Source of the DNA: Eledone cirrhosa | Lineage: Eukaryota | Direction: 5' to 3' | Assembly (NCBI GenBank): GCA_964016885.1 | Contig: OZ024753.1 | Location: forward strand, 806,001-870,000 | DNA: 64,000 nt | Notes under the pieces: generated by a model | Database searches by the model: none | What the model saw: the letters and a program-made list of their open reading frames with translations, nothing else | Told to the model about the DNA's origin: nothing | Position numbers and translations under genes: made by a program | In this document: in pieces, positions 25,852-39,200 of the stretch | How positions within the stretch are numbered: position 1 is the first letter of the stretch | Layout of the letters: every line of letters begins with the position of its first letter

Positions 25852-27779
25852 AATATTAATATTCTAAATCTCATCATCTCAGAATATTCTATACTCTGCA
25901 AATTTCATTTCTTACACTAAATTGTTGTCATTTTTTGTTTCTTTTTTTTTTGTGGATTAACCATTTCCTTATCATATATTTAATGAAAAACACAGCCTAT
26001 CATTTTGAAAATACTCAATTTGGAGAGATTTTGTAATATATTTGATTTTTTTTATTTTTTTTTTATTTTTTTCATTATTAAGCTGGTGTTTGAAATGTGA
26101 CTTAACAAATTTTCTTGCATAAAATTTAAAATGGAATGGTTTTAGATATATAGAAACACATTAAAATAAACAGCTTGTGGCAGCTTCAAGCAATTTACTA
26201 TCAGAAGGGTTAACTAATAAAAGAACCTTTAGTGTAAGAAATAACTTCAAAGAACATACTCAACATTCTGCTAATATATCATTTTTTTTTTATTTGTTTG
26301 TAGTTTTTAATTGTGAATAATTCTTGTTTATAATATTTTGTATCTGTTTGAGTAGTTTTTAAAAAAAAATATTTTTTCAATAATTGCTTCAGAAATGTAT
26401 ATTTTTAACACTTTCATTACTATATTACTAATCAAATATATTGCCTTGGGTTTTCAATTAATTTTGTATATAATGAAGGATATGGAGAGATTTAGCAAAT
26501 AACAAACTTACTCCTTATTAAACTAGTGTTTAGAAAATAACTTAAAGAAAATGTTCTTAGATAAAATTATGAGGGAATGTTTTTATATAAATATAAACAC
26601 TTTAAAAAAGAAAACAGCTTAGTATCCTGGACCCAGTAGCAGTTTCAGGCAGTTTCATATCAAGACAGTTAATACATTGTTGGCTTTGTTTATTTCTAAT
26701 ATTCCTTTTTTTAACATAGATAGTAGGGCCATTTAAATGTAGTGATTAGAAGACATACTGGGGTTAGCTAACATTATTGTTTGACTGAACTAGCAAAGGA
26801 AATAACTCCAAACGTTGTCAGCAGAAAATATATAATTCGCTATTGCTGACTGACCATGTAACTAACTTACGATATAGAAATATTTGAAAGAAATCATTGA
26901 GTGAACTCAAATGTTGATAATATCCTATTTATGTAATAAAAACTGAACTTAAGTTATTTTAATACATTGGTTGATTATGTATGTGAGAATCTCTTTAGTG
27001 CTGGTACTGTAATGAAATGAACCCAGTCCACACTGTCATGTGGTAGTGCTGGTGCCATGATAAAACACATGCTGTCCACAATTACAAAGGAGTAGTGCTA
27101 GACCCATGATAAAATGCATTGTCTACTCTGTAAAGTGATTGTGTTGATGCCACAAAAAAACAAACACCGAGACCAAAATGAAAATAGTAATGATGGCACC
27201 AAGAAAAGAATGCACCTGGTAATCCCTGTAAGATGACTGGTATTAGGGAAAGCATTCCGCCATAAAAAACATCCCAAGTGATGAAAAGCAGGAGGCTGAA
27301 TTAAATGCAAGAATTACAGGAGCTGGTGCAGTAATGCACCAGATTCACCATTCGGTAATCAGAAGAAAGGAGGTATGTGTAAAAGCCAAACTTGCTATCT
27401 TTAATTTGGTATTTGAGCCAGCCCTTACATGAATCTTGGGTAATGACTGAAAGAATATGATTATGAATATGTGGCTGAAATGGGGGTTCCTCCGAAGGGT
27501 ATTTGGAGAAATGATAGAAATCTGATACATCATAATGATTTCACTTTAAATACTGGGTAAATAATATTTCTGGGTAAATAATATATATTTTTTTTCCTAT
27601 TTTCAGTAATTTTTGGAGTCTGAAGGACTTACACCATAATTTTTTTGCTCCAGGCAGAACGTACAATAACTTTCAGTTTTGTTTATTTTTAATTATAGAA
27701 AAAGTTTTTTTACTTTAGGCAGAATATAAAACGATCTGTTTTGTTTTGTTTTTTATTCTTGTACACTAAAGATTGTTTC

Positions 27780-27820
<41 letters not shown>

Positions 27821-28745
27821 TCTAGCTCCTTTATGAAGGGTAGGTGTTCCGTGGTGTCTAGTGTGTTGTCTGAGATGCTGTTTTCCTTGGCATAGAGTTT
27901 GGAGTAATGTTCCATCCATCTCCCCAACAGCTCTCTTTTGCCTTTAACCCTTTAGCATTCACATTACTTTATATTTACATTGTATTTTCATATAAAAGGC
28001 TTTTCCTGACATAATTATTTCACATATCAAATCTACAAGATTTTGACGTTATTTTAAGAAAAATACCTTAACATCAGTATGAGTGGCCAATTACGACTAG
28101 TTTGAACAGGAGGTGAAATGCTAAAGGGTTAATGGCCTCACCTGTTCTGGATTTAAATAGAGCTATTTTGCTCTGTATTGGGCCGATGGCTTTCTTGATA
28201 CCTTCATACATTCCTCAAATGTTATCTGTGTCAGCTGGATGCCTTCGCATAGTTGTAACCAGTAGTCATTGTCACAACGACTCAGTCTTTCATGTGTTAT
28301 TCCTAGCTGATCTTAATGCTTGCAGCATTGCCCTGGTGGGTGGGTGTTAGCGCTTCAACAGGGTGGGGTGCTTCTCTTCGATGGTCCTTATTTTTTTTAT
28401 TGGCCAGAAGGACACATGACATTGGCAACAATACAAAAATGAAATAACATGACAGCACACACAATAGGATTTACATCAAATAAAGATATAACATGAATAA
28501 TTGTTTCTACTTTAGGCACAAATCAACCCCAGAGCATTACCAGTACTTTATTTTATCAACCCCCAGCAGAATTTGAACTCAAAACATAGTGATGTAACTA
28601 TATGCCATAAAGCATGGTGTCCAATACTCTACCGATACTGCCAATCCACCATTGATCTCTAATGTAGTCACAGGGTCAGCAAATTTGAGGAAGGGCATAG
28701 TTGATTATACTAACCTTTAGTATGTTGATTGGTATAATAGAACTA

Positions 28746-31700
28746 CTGTGACAATAATATCTGCTTATGCACCCCAATCTGGTGTACCTGATGTTATAAA
28801 GGACAGGTTCTATGAGATGCTAATGCACACTACCTCCCAAATAACCGACAGTGACTACTTAATTATTGCTGCCGATCTAAACGGTCACGTTGGACAACAT
28901 AGTGATGGCTATGATAGAATCCATGGAGGCTATGGGGTTGGAAATAGAAATGAGGAGGGCTTCAGAATCCTGGAATTCTGTGACGCAAATAGCCCAACTA
29001 TCTGTAACACAAACTTCAAAAAACGTGAAAACCACTTGATCACCTATAGATTAGGGGAACACGCCAGCCAGATAGATTATATCCTTACTAGAAGACGGGA
29101 CAAAATGTCTGTTGTAAACACTAAATCCCTCCCCCGTGAAGAATGCACCTCGCAACATAGCCTAGTAGTTAGTGACCTCATAGTCAGGAATAGACGTACT
29201 CGACGACAGAGGAGGCCTACCTTGAGGAGAAGAATATGGAAGATGAAGGACCCCATAGCCAGTGACAAATTTAAAAGCTTATTACTTGATGCCTTTGACA
29301 ATAAGGAAGAGCAATTAGAGACGTGCAATATAGAGGAACAGTGGCAATTCTTGAAAGTGAACCTGCTGAAAGCAACGGATGAAATCTGTGGCTGGAGCAG
29401 ACCTATTGGCAGGAGGAGAGTAACTTGGTGGTGGAACAGTAAGGTGGAAGAGACAATCAAGGCAAAAAAACAGGCTTGGAAAGTATGGCAGGATGGGGGA
29501 AGTAGAGAGCACTATCAAGTGGCCAGGAGAGAAGCGTACCTTGCAAAAAGGGTAGCTGAGGATAGAAAGTTCAAGCATGTTCTGCAACGTGAGGTGTTCA
29601 GGATTGCTAGACAATGTGTCAAGGAAAACCGTGATATTGTCGAGGAGAAGTGTGTCCTTAATGATGATGGTGTACTTGCGCTCACTGATACTGATAAGAA
29701 GATAGCCTGGAAGTGTCACTACGAGAAACTATTAAATGAGGAGAATAAATGGGAAAAAGATAGTCTGCCCCAAATCGATCGAATAGAAGGACCAGCGGTG
29801 CAAGTTAAAGGTAGTATAATAAGTAAGGCAATCAAAGATATGAAGACAGGAAAGGCAGCAGGGCCTTCGGAGATAGTTGCTGAGATGTTGAAGGCATCTG
29901 GTATGGTGGGACACACTATGGTCACCCGTATAGTTAACCAAGTAATACAGAATGGGGTTGTTCCGAAAGACTGGCGTAGCAGCATCATCATTAATTGCTA
30001 CAAGGGTAAAAGGGATGCTCTAGATAGGGGAAACTATAGAGGTATTAAGTTAGTTGACCAGGTCATGAAGGTCACAGAAAGAGTTATAGCGCAACTAATC
30101 AGAGAGCGAATTGATCTAGATGAAATGCAGTTTGGCTTTGTGTCAGGTAAAAGTACCACAGATGCTCTTTTCCTTGTACGACAACTACAAGAGAAGTACC
30201 TAGCTAAAAGTAAACTGCTTAGCTTTTGTAGACCTGGAGAAAGCTTTTGACAGAGTCCCCCACTCCATTATCTGGTGGGCTCTTAGAAAACTAGGTGTAG
30301 ATAAATGGCTTGTGAGAGCTATACAAGCTATGTATAAAAAAACAGTCAGTAAGATTAGAATTAACAATGAATATTGTGAAGAATTTAGTGTAAAAGTTGG
30401 CGTTCTTCAAGGCTCTGTCCTTAGCCCCCTCTTATTTATTATTGCCCTTCAGGCTATAACAGAGGAGTTCAAGACCGTCTGCCAATGGGAACTCCTATAC
30501 ACAGATGATCTAACGCTCATAGCTGAATCAATGGCTGAACTAGAGAAGAAATTTGAAACATGGAAGCATGGCCTAGAATCAAAAGGCCTTAAAGTTAACT
30601 TGTCTAAGACTGAAGTTCTAGTTTGTAGAAAGGAAAATAGGGCACCGGTCCCATCTGGGAAATGGCCATGCTCAGTGTGTAGGAAAGGAGTAGGCAGAAA
30701 TTCCATTGTATGTCCTAAATGCAAAGTATGGGTACATAAAAGATGTAGTGGGATCACAGGTAAACTATCTAAGAACGTAGACTTTATATGTGGCCAATGC
30801 TCAGGTGCAATAAGTAGCAAGTGTCCAAAGGATACTAGCTCTTTCCATTGCCCAGATGGTTCTATAGAAATTGTAGACACTTTCCGTTACCTGGGTGACG
30901 AAATCAGCAGTGGTGGAGGGTGTTCTGAAAGTGCAGTAGCCAGAGTCAGAACGGGATGGAAAAAGCTCAGAGAGCTTATACTGCTGTTGGCCACAAAAGG
31001 TTTCTCTCTAAAATTGAAAGGCAGATTGTATGATGCCTGTATACGAACAGCAATGTTACATGGCAGTGAGACATGGGCATTACGTGCAGAGGACCTGCGT
31101 AGACTGGAAAGGAACGAAGCATGCATGCTCCATTGGATGTGTAATAGTTATATACGTGAATGGCAAAGCATAAATGAACTAAGTGAGAAATTAGGAATAA
31201 GAGGGATCAGATGCTGTTTACTTGAGAGAAGACTACGTTGATATGGTCACGTGATGTGCATGAAAGACGACAGCTGTATAAAAAGTGCAGGGCGATCAAA
31301 ATTGAGGGTAGTTACGGAGTAGGTAGACCCAGAAAAACCTGGGATGATCTGATAAATTCCGACCTTACACACTTACATCCCTCTAAGACAATGTCTCTGG
31401 ACTGAGACCTTTGGCGCTACGCAGTAATACAGAAGACCCGCCTTGCCTATGTACAAAGCGAAACCTACAGTCAGTAGGCACCGCTTAACCAAATATACAC
31501 CCCAATACACTACCCCTACCCTATCCTCCCACTCCCACCAACAGCACGAGAAAATGAGATCGAGTTCGTATAGGTGTCATGACAAAAAACACACACAGTC
31601 CACGCTGTAATGTGGCCATGTAGGTAACACGGTAAAAAAGTTCCCAGTTCCACACTGTAAATGTGGTTGGTGTTAGGAAGGGCATCCAGCCATAGAAAAC

Positions 31701-31822
31701 CTGCCAGATAGTCCTATATGAGCGAGACACGGTCACCCGACCAGCCTTGCCTCAAGTGGGACAACTCCCATCTAACCCATGCTAGCGTGGAAAACGGACG
31801 TTAAACGAAGATGATGATGATG
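28746..31822 (+). mobile_element. RTE-clade LINE, 5'-truncated and inactivated (partial APE endonuclease, RT, PHD finger, 3' UTR, (TGA)n tail)
   Basis: ORFs 28748-30250 and 30312-31241: SAYAPQ, DLNGHVG, SQIDYIL, QFGF, QGSVLSP, YTDD, FRYLG. 5-bp deletion near 30217 relative to the copy at ~5835 causes a frameshift; TGG>TGA at 31239; ends ...ggacgttaaacgaagatgatgatga. Confidence 0.95.
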
Positions 31823-33757
31823 ACCATAGAAGAATGAAAGTCAAAGTTAATAAGTACAGATTTTTAACTCAAAATATAAAAAGCCAGAACAAATATTGCA
31901 AGCGCATTTTCTCCGATGCTCTACCGATTCTGCCAATCCACTAACCTAAATGTATCAGTAATAATTGTATTAAATAACAAGAATATAAAAAAAATATAGG
32001 ACAGGCTGAAGTATATATCCAGTAAAGCCACCTGCCTACACTGTAAAGTGGTTGCGTAGGTATCAACAAAAAGCACCCAGTACTCACTGTAAATGAGGTT
32101 GGTGTTTGGAAGGGCATCCAGCTATAGAAACCAAGCCCAAATCAGTTCTGTATGAGCAAAACATGACCACTCGACATAGTATTGCCCACAACAGGACATC
32201 TCATCTAACCCATGCTAGTGTGGAAAAATGGACATAAAACAGTGATGATGATGATACCAGTTTTTCAAACAGTCTCCATCTCCCTATTTCCCTAACAAGG
32301 CATGGGTTGACCCATGGTTATGGTAAACGATATTTGCCCCAAATTCCACACACTAGAATCAAACTCTGTATCTAATGATTGTACAGCAACTTCCTTAACT
32401 CTTCAGCCATGCTGAGTTCCCCTCTTTCATAATAGTTGGCAATACATCCATATTTCATAAGACAGTATAAATATTTTGAATAGATAACCTATCCATTTAC
32501 AGTTAAACAGAACACACAATAGGTCATCTGTTTGTTTTATAACACGTGAGTTGGGGAGGAGAATAAAGTAAGGTAAAATAAAAAACAATAAATATATATA
32601 TAAAATGTGTATTTATAATGTTCTATATTTTTAGCAATAACAATTCTTGCTACACAGGGCATAAAAGAAACATTCCTACTTGTGCTCCATTAAAACTTAC
32701 TAAACTATGTACATAACTTGCACGCACGTGTGTGTGTGTGTGTGTGTCATCAACATGTGCGTGCATTTGTATATATATATTGTGTGTGTATGCATGCATC
32801 AGGATCTTTTAACCTTTCAAGTTCTCATTTCTATTTTATGATGTCCTCTTGTGAACATGAAAGTATTTTTACTATCATAAAAAGGTGGGACAATATTAAA
32901 TACTTATATAAGACATTCTTACATTGAACAGGTATCTATCTTCCTTTCAGTGTCTCTTTTCTTTTGGGTTTGTTGTTTTATGAGCTGTTTTGCAGAATTG
33001 ATATATGTGACCTGGTTCTGACTAACTGGGTCTGTGAACATTTTTCTTACCTGTAATGTTTCTTGAGCATAACTAGGCTAAGTAATTATGGATGTTGACA
33101 CAGCTAAGTAATTATGGATGTTGACACAACATGGACAACATGCTTCACAATCCTTAGGGCTCAGGTTCGATTACACTGCATAGTATCTTGGGTAAGTGTT
33201 ATTTAATTGCATCAACCTAGACCTCATAGATGAAACTGGATAGATGGAAACTGTTTGGTATTTTAGTCTGACCTCCCTCATAATGGGACCACCCAGCTCC
33301 CAAATTATGGTTCCAATGTGAGCAGGGTTTAGCACAGCCAACTGGCCAGACGCTCCTCATAACAGTGCCACCCAGTTCCTCACTGTGACTAGTTCTAGGA
33401 AAGGCATTGAGCTGTAAAACCCCCAGCCAAAATACAGTTCCGTCTGAGCAAGGTATGGTGTAGCCAGCTGGCAAGACTTGTCTAATAACGAGGGCAACTC
33501 ATCTAACCCATGCAAGCATGGAAAAATAGACATTAAACAGTGGTGATGCTGATGATGATATATATATATAATATCATATTCACAGTTTAATGTCTGCTTT
33601 GCCCTCTTGCTTGGGTTACACAGGTTGTCACATTATGAGACAAATCAGGTCAGATGACCATGTTTTGCTCATATAGATCTGATCATATAGGAGCACTTCC
33701 TAATGCCAACCATATTTACAGTATAGACAGTGCTTTTTGTCATGGTTGCATGACTGG

Positions 33758-34200
33758 GAGAGTCAACATCACAGAACTCTACTTCACTCTCACTGATTAT
33801 CTTCACACATTTTTCCACATCAAAATCAACGTCAATTGATGGGTACAGGGGCACTACATCCATGCTGCCAATTATGCAGATTGTCAGGTCTTCGGTGTGG
33901 TTGCAATCATTGATTCTGCTGAGGAGGTCTTCTGTGCTGCCACACACATCTGCAGATCTTAATTATTGTAATGCATAATCATAGAGGGGAATTAGGAGAT
34001 CCTGTAGTTGTTGGCTATATTAGCTCCACAGACAGGTCTTGTTATAGGGTCAATAGCTGTTTTATGGTCTTTGCAGAGCCCATACAAGGTTGGTATGTCA
34101 TTGTTAGGGACCTCAAAGTTATTTTAATGACATGGGCTCTCTATGAAATTACTATTCTCACTTTGGGATGATCTGTGCTCACTTTGAAATTGTTCTCAAT
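33758..34200 (-). mobile_element. Penelope-like (Neptune-type) RT fragment
   Basis: STEDLLSRI...IGSMDVVPLYPSIDVD. Confidence 0.65.
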
Positions 34201-34414
34201 TTGAAGTGGTATGTGCTTACAAATACTGTAGTTACTTCTGTTTCAACCTAGATGAAAATAGGTCAGATACATCAGAAGAACTACTCCCAGCTTAATAAAT
34301 TTAGTTAAAAGAACTTTGATAGACTTCACTTGTGAACAAATATAGTTCAACTATAATTAACATCAAAATATATATGGCCTACTGCTCTTTTTACATGAAG
34401 TTAATGGCAAGGAA

Positions 34415-34459
<45 letters not shown>

Positions 34460-36091
34460 ATTCACATGAATCAAAGTTCTGTTCAAACCATTTATTAGCT
34501 TACAATTGTTTCGTCCAAACCGAGGTTTGGAGTCATGGAAAGGAGGTCATGTACGTAAACAATCATTGAAAAATTGCTCCGAAGACTCCAAACCTCGGTT
34601 TGGATGAAACAATTGTAAGCTAATAAATGGTTTGAACATAGCTTTGATTCATGTGAATTCTATATAACTGCTCTGTAGAACAACTGATGTTATTACATTG
34701 AGCTATTTATCTTACTGGTAATAAGGTAGTAATAAATTACTGACCTTCACTGTTTAGGGTTTAAAATATATATAACTATAAAAAGTTTTAGTATATACAA
34801 AACCATAAATAGTATCCTTAATACATACTCAGATATATATATATATATATATATAAGATGGTTGCCTAACATCCATAAGCTTGGTTGGTGTTGTTTGTGA
34901 TCCCAGATCAATTGGAGATGGTTGCTTCTGACATGTCCCACTAGGAGTGTTTGAGGACAATGTCCTGACAACCCTCTCAGCCATTAAATGGTTAACTGTT
35001 TCCTGAAGTCAAGCTCTGGTGAAACTTCAAGGTCACTGTGTTAATATAAATTCTACACTCTATTTATATGCCTTGAGTGCTCATTCAGTTAATGTTTAAT
35101 TCTCTTTATGTATGGTTATACATAAAACATACATATTGATATAAATGGTTATTTATTAATATGCTCAACAAAAGAAACCTATAGTTAGTCATATAGATGA
35201 AATAGACCATACATACACAGAGATTACACAGAAGACATAACATTCATCTATGTAGTCGTTTTCACACACAAGCATTAACTGTGATGGCTAAAACAAAATA
35301 AAGAATACAAAACACACATAAATATATATGTTGAAGAAATCAGGAAGAACACATTTTGAGAATTATCAAAGTGCAACTCAATTATTAAGAGTAAATATAT
35401 GAATTTTCTGGGTTCTAAAATCCATAAAAGAAACTATTATATTGTGTAAAGTAATAAAAGGTTGAAAAAATATATGTACAGTAAAGCTTCATAGATATTA
35501 AAATAGAGTTCTTTACACAAACACAGTGATGTTAACAACGAAGTTGAGTTTCCTTTATATTTCAGAAGCAGTTGAATATTTCCGAGAATTCACTGTGAAG
35601 AGGAAAGTAAATAATATATCATAGAATTAGTAAACATTGAAAATTATGAAATGTAAACTAAGTAGCTAAGATAGTATAGAATGTATTTTATATAGAAAAT
35701 AAAATGTCAATTATTTTACATTAAATTGTATTATTCTACGACTTTATTGAGTAGACATATGTTACAAGTAATTGAATTTTTTGCTGTAACTATATCTGTG
35801 AAGAGAAAACAAATGACATTGACAACTGAACAGAAAAATGAGATTTTACAGTGTATGGATTGGGGTGAACAGGTATCAGAAATTGCATAAAAGAAAACAA
35901 ACATTTTGTGAACATATTCTTTTACATAATTATGATTGGTATGGTTTTTGTTTATGATCAGATCAATTATTTGAACATTCAGGTAGCCAAGAACCATCTA
36001 TAATTGTTTTATTGCTGACACTGGTAGTCACAAGACAGGAGAAATATTATTAGTAAGAACCAATATATAGGAACTAAATCTTTCAATTTAC

Positions 36092-36258
36092 CTGATTTGC
36101 TGGCAGAGGTTGGTTTTGGTACAGAATCTGAATATTTTGGAGTTGGTGGTGATCTGCTCTGTGTATTTCTGGAAACAGAATTACTAGAACCTTCTTGAAG
36201 AACTGGTGTTCGCAAAATTCTTGGACGGGACATGAAAGCCTTGGAGTAATTCCCACCC
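36092..36258 (-). CDS. ARMC9: ARMC9 coding exon 23
   Basis: [55 protein letters not shown]; cag|gtaaat donor (read-through would stop at 36009). Confidence 0.82.
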
Positions 36259-39200
36259 CTAAATAAAAGATGAATAATAACTGATGTTGTATTGTTTTTG
36301 ATCTTCTATATTTTACTGTAAACAAAAGACCACAAATTTTGGGGAAAACATATTACTGATATCAACAGTGTATGGCTGGTGCCATATAATTGACATATCC
36401 ACCTCAGTGTATGACTGGTACTCATTGACTAACTGAAACAAAATTGACCTCAACAGTATTTGAGCTCAGACTACCACTGAACTCCACAGTGAGACAGTAT
36501 AATGTAAAAAAACTTACTCTGCAACTGATTCAGTATCTTGTGTTTTACTTTTCCTAGATGCTGTTGACTTTGAACTTCCAGTAGGACTTCCTATAGCAGA
36601 ATTTGGACTATTGTTTTCTCCTAAAAATAATCAAAATAGATTGTTCTTTTTAAACTCGACTTTCACTGTGTTATCTTCTATCAAATAATACAACTTTTTA
36701 CACTAACATTTAATTTACTTTGAGAAAAGAGTAATTGTATTATTATCTAAAATTACTTTAAAGAATATTGTTCCTTAAAATTAATCTCTAGCCATCCACC
36801 CCCATTATTATCCCCAAACCATTATTCTCTTACCATTATTATTCTTTAGATTATTATCTGCATATTTTTAAAGTTTTTTAGTCAAATCAGAAATGTAGTT
36901 GCCATTAGTCACCGTGACCATTTTAACAAGACATCTGAGTTTGGAAAATGAAAGGACTAAAGGTGCTCAAGGGCCAAGGGATGATGTTAAACTGAGCAAA
37001 GGAATATGTCTAACCCTTGGGAATAGGTACAGTGCATTGGGTGCATAGTTTTTGTCAACACGATTTCATTAAAAAATCTAGGGACATCCCAAGATGCTGC
37101 TCAAAGTTATTTGTTCAAAATGCCATGCAAGGTGATCAACTCCCAAACCAGATAATTAGAAAGAAAACTTCTTAACTACATTTTCAGACCTGTACTCAGA
37201 AATGGTTATTTCAACAATAATAAAATGCCATTTAATTTTGTATTTTACTGGCAAAAATAAATTTTTGATTTATTTTACTTCTGATAAAAATATAATGAAG
37301 AGTTCAATGGTATTTCTATACATAACAAAATACAATATTTACTTACTAGTATTGGCAGTACTGGCTGAAAGAGATGGTTGACTGCCACTTCGAGTTGGTG
37401 GTCGTTCCAAAGTCTCATTAATAGGTTTAATTACTGTGTAGTTTGGAACTCTATCACTAATGGAAATAGAAAAACATGAAATTTTTATTTTACAAGATCA
37501 ATTAAATAACAAACAGAAGAACATATGAATTAACTGATTCTAAGAAAATAACTCTAGCCTTGCTTTAACCCTTTAGCATTTAAACCAGCCATATCCAGCC
37601 CGAATTCTCTCACTTCTTTCTGTTAAAACTGGCTGTAACTGGCCACTCATACTGATATTAAGGTATTGTTCTCAAAACAAATAATATCAAAATCTCATAA
37701 AATCAATATTATGTGAGATAATTATGTGAGGTAAAGCCTTTTCTGTGAGAATATAATAGTAAATATAGAGTAATGTAAATGCTAAAGGGTTAAGTTGGGT
37801 TAAATACACAAATTATTTTAATATTCAAATTGTTTTAGAATAAAGTTAAATTATATCCAATAAATTAGTTCTAGTCTAGTTCTAGTCTAGTTATTTTTAA
37901 AATAAAGCTAGATTAATTCTACACAAGTATTTCTATGCTAGCTCTAAAAAATGGGCCGCTTCCCTAAAATTGCTTTATATCAAGACTTTTAGAAGAGAAT
38001 ATTTTTAGCCTAGCTTAAATGTTGTAATAGCACCAAAACTGTTTCGGAATATGGCTAGATAAATTCTCCACAATAAGGAATACTAATTAAGAATTAGCAT
38101 TCATAGCCTTATTCAAAAAGAATCTATAGAATCATCTTCATCACCATCATTGCTGTTTAACATCTATTTTCTGAGCTTGCAATTGGGTGAACTCTTTAGC
38201 ATTTACATTACTCTATATATACTATTGTATTTTCACAGTAAAGGCTTTACCTCACATAATTATTTGACATAATATCGAATCTATGAGATTTTGATATTTA
38301 TTTTGAGAACAATACCTTAATATCAGCATGAGTGGTCAGTTATGGTCAGTTTGAACAGAAAGAAGTGAGAAAATTCTGGCCAGATATGGCCGGTTTAAAT
38401 GCTAAATGGTTAAATTCAGTATTTTGGCACCAAATGTCTTCATCACAACTACAAACACAAGTGAAAACCAAGCAGCTCCTCCTGGCCCCTACTTACTTGA
38501 CTTTAGATGATGAAACATCACTGTTCTTCATTTGACTTGGGGTCACTGGACGTTGTAATGGTTGCTGTCGGCCCATGATATGATCTGGGAGCTGTAAACA
38601 ACAAACAACACTATGATATAGTCTTTGTTGTTGTAATTATACATACATACATATATATGTGTGTGTGTGTGTGTGTGTGTATGTGTGTGTGTGTGTGTGT
38701 GTGTGTAGTACTAATTTGTTATAGATATCGAAGGTGCAGAGCACTTAGTCCATGGGACAAGTTTTAATCATCATCATCATCATGACTGTTTAATGTCCAT
38801 TTTTTCATGCTAGCATGGGTTAGACAAGTTATCCTGTTGTGAGACAAGTCAGATCAGATGACTGTGTCTTGCTCATGCTGGACAGATTTTGGCCTGGTTT
38901 CTACAGCTGGATGCCCTTCCTAATACCAAACACATTTACAAAGTGTACTTGGTGTATCATCATTATCACCACAATTATCATCACAATCTTTATCCTGGTA
39001 TTACTAGCACCACCACCATTTCCACCATAACTACAAACATCATCATCATTCTCCCCACCACCACCACCACCACCACCCTGATGATCACCATCACTTTATG
39101 TTATCAGTCACATCACCTTTCTCATCATTATTATCATTATCATTGTTTTCATTCTTCAAGACTTACTTTTTTTCTCAAAATATATTCCGTTGAAAGTAAT

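Noticed and set aside
29077-31126. Antisense ORFs over the LINE (and 23020-23715 on +)
   Set aside because: Shadow frames of the RTE coding sequence.
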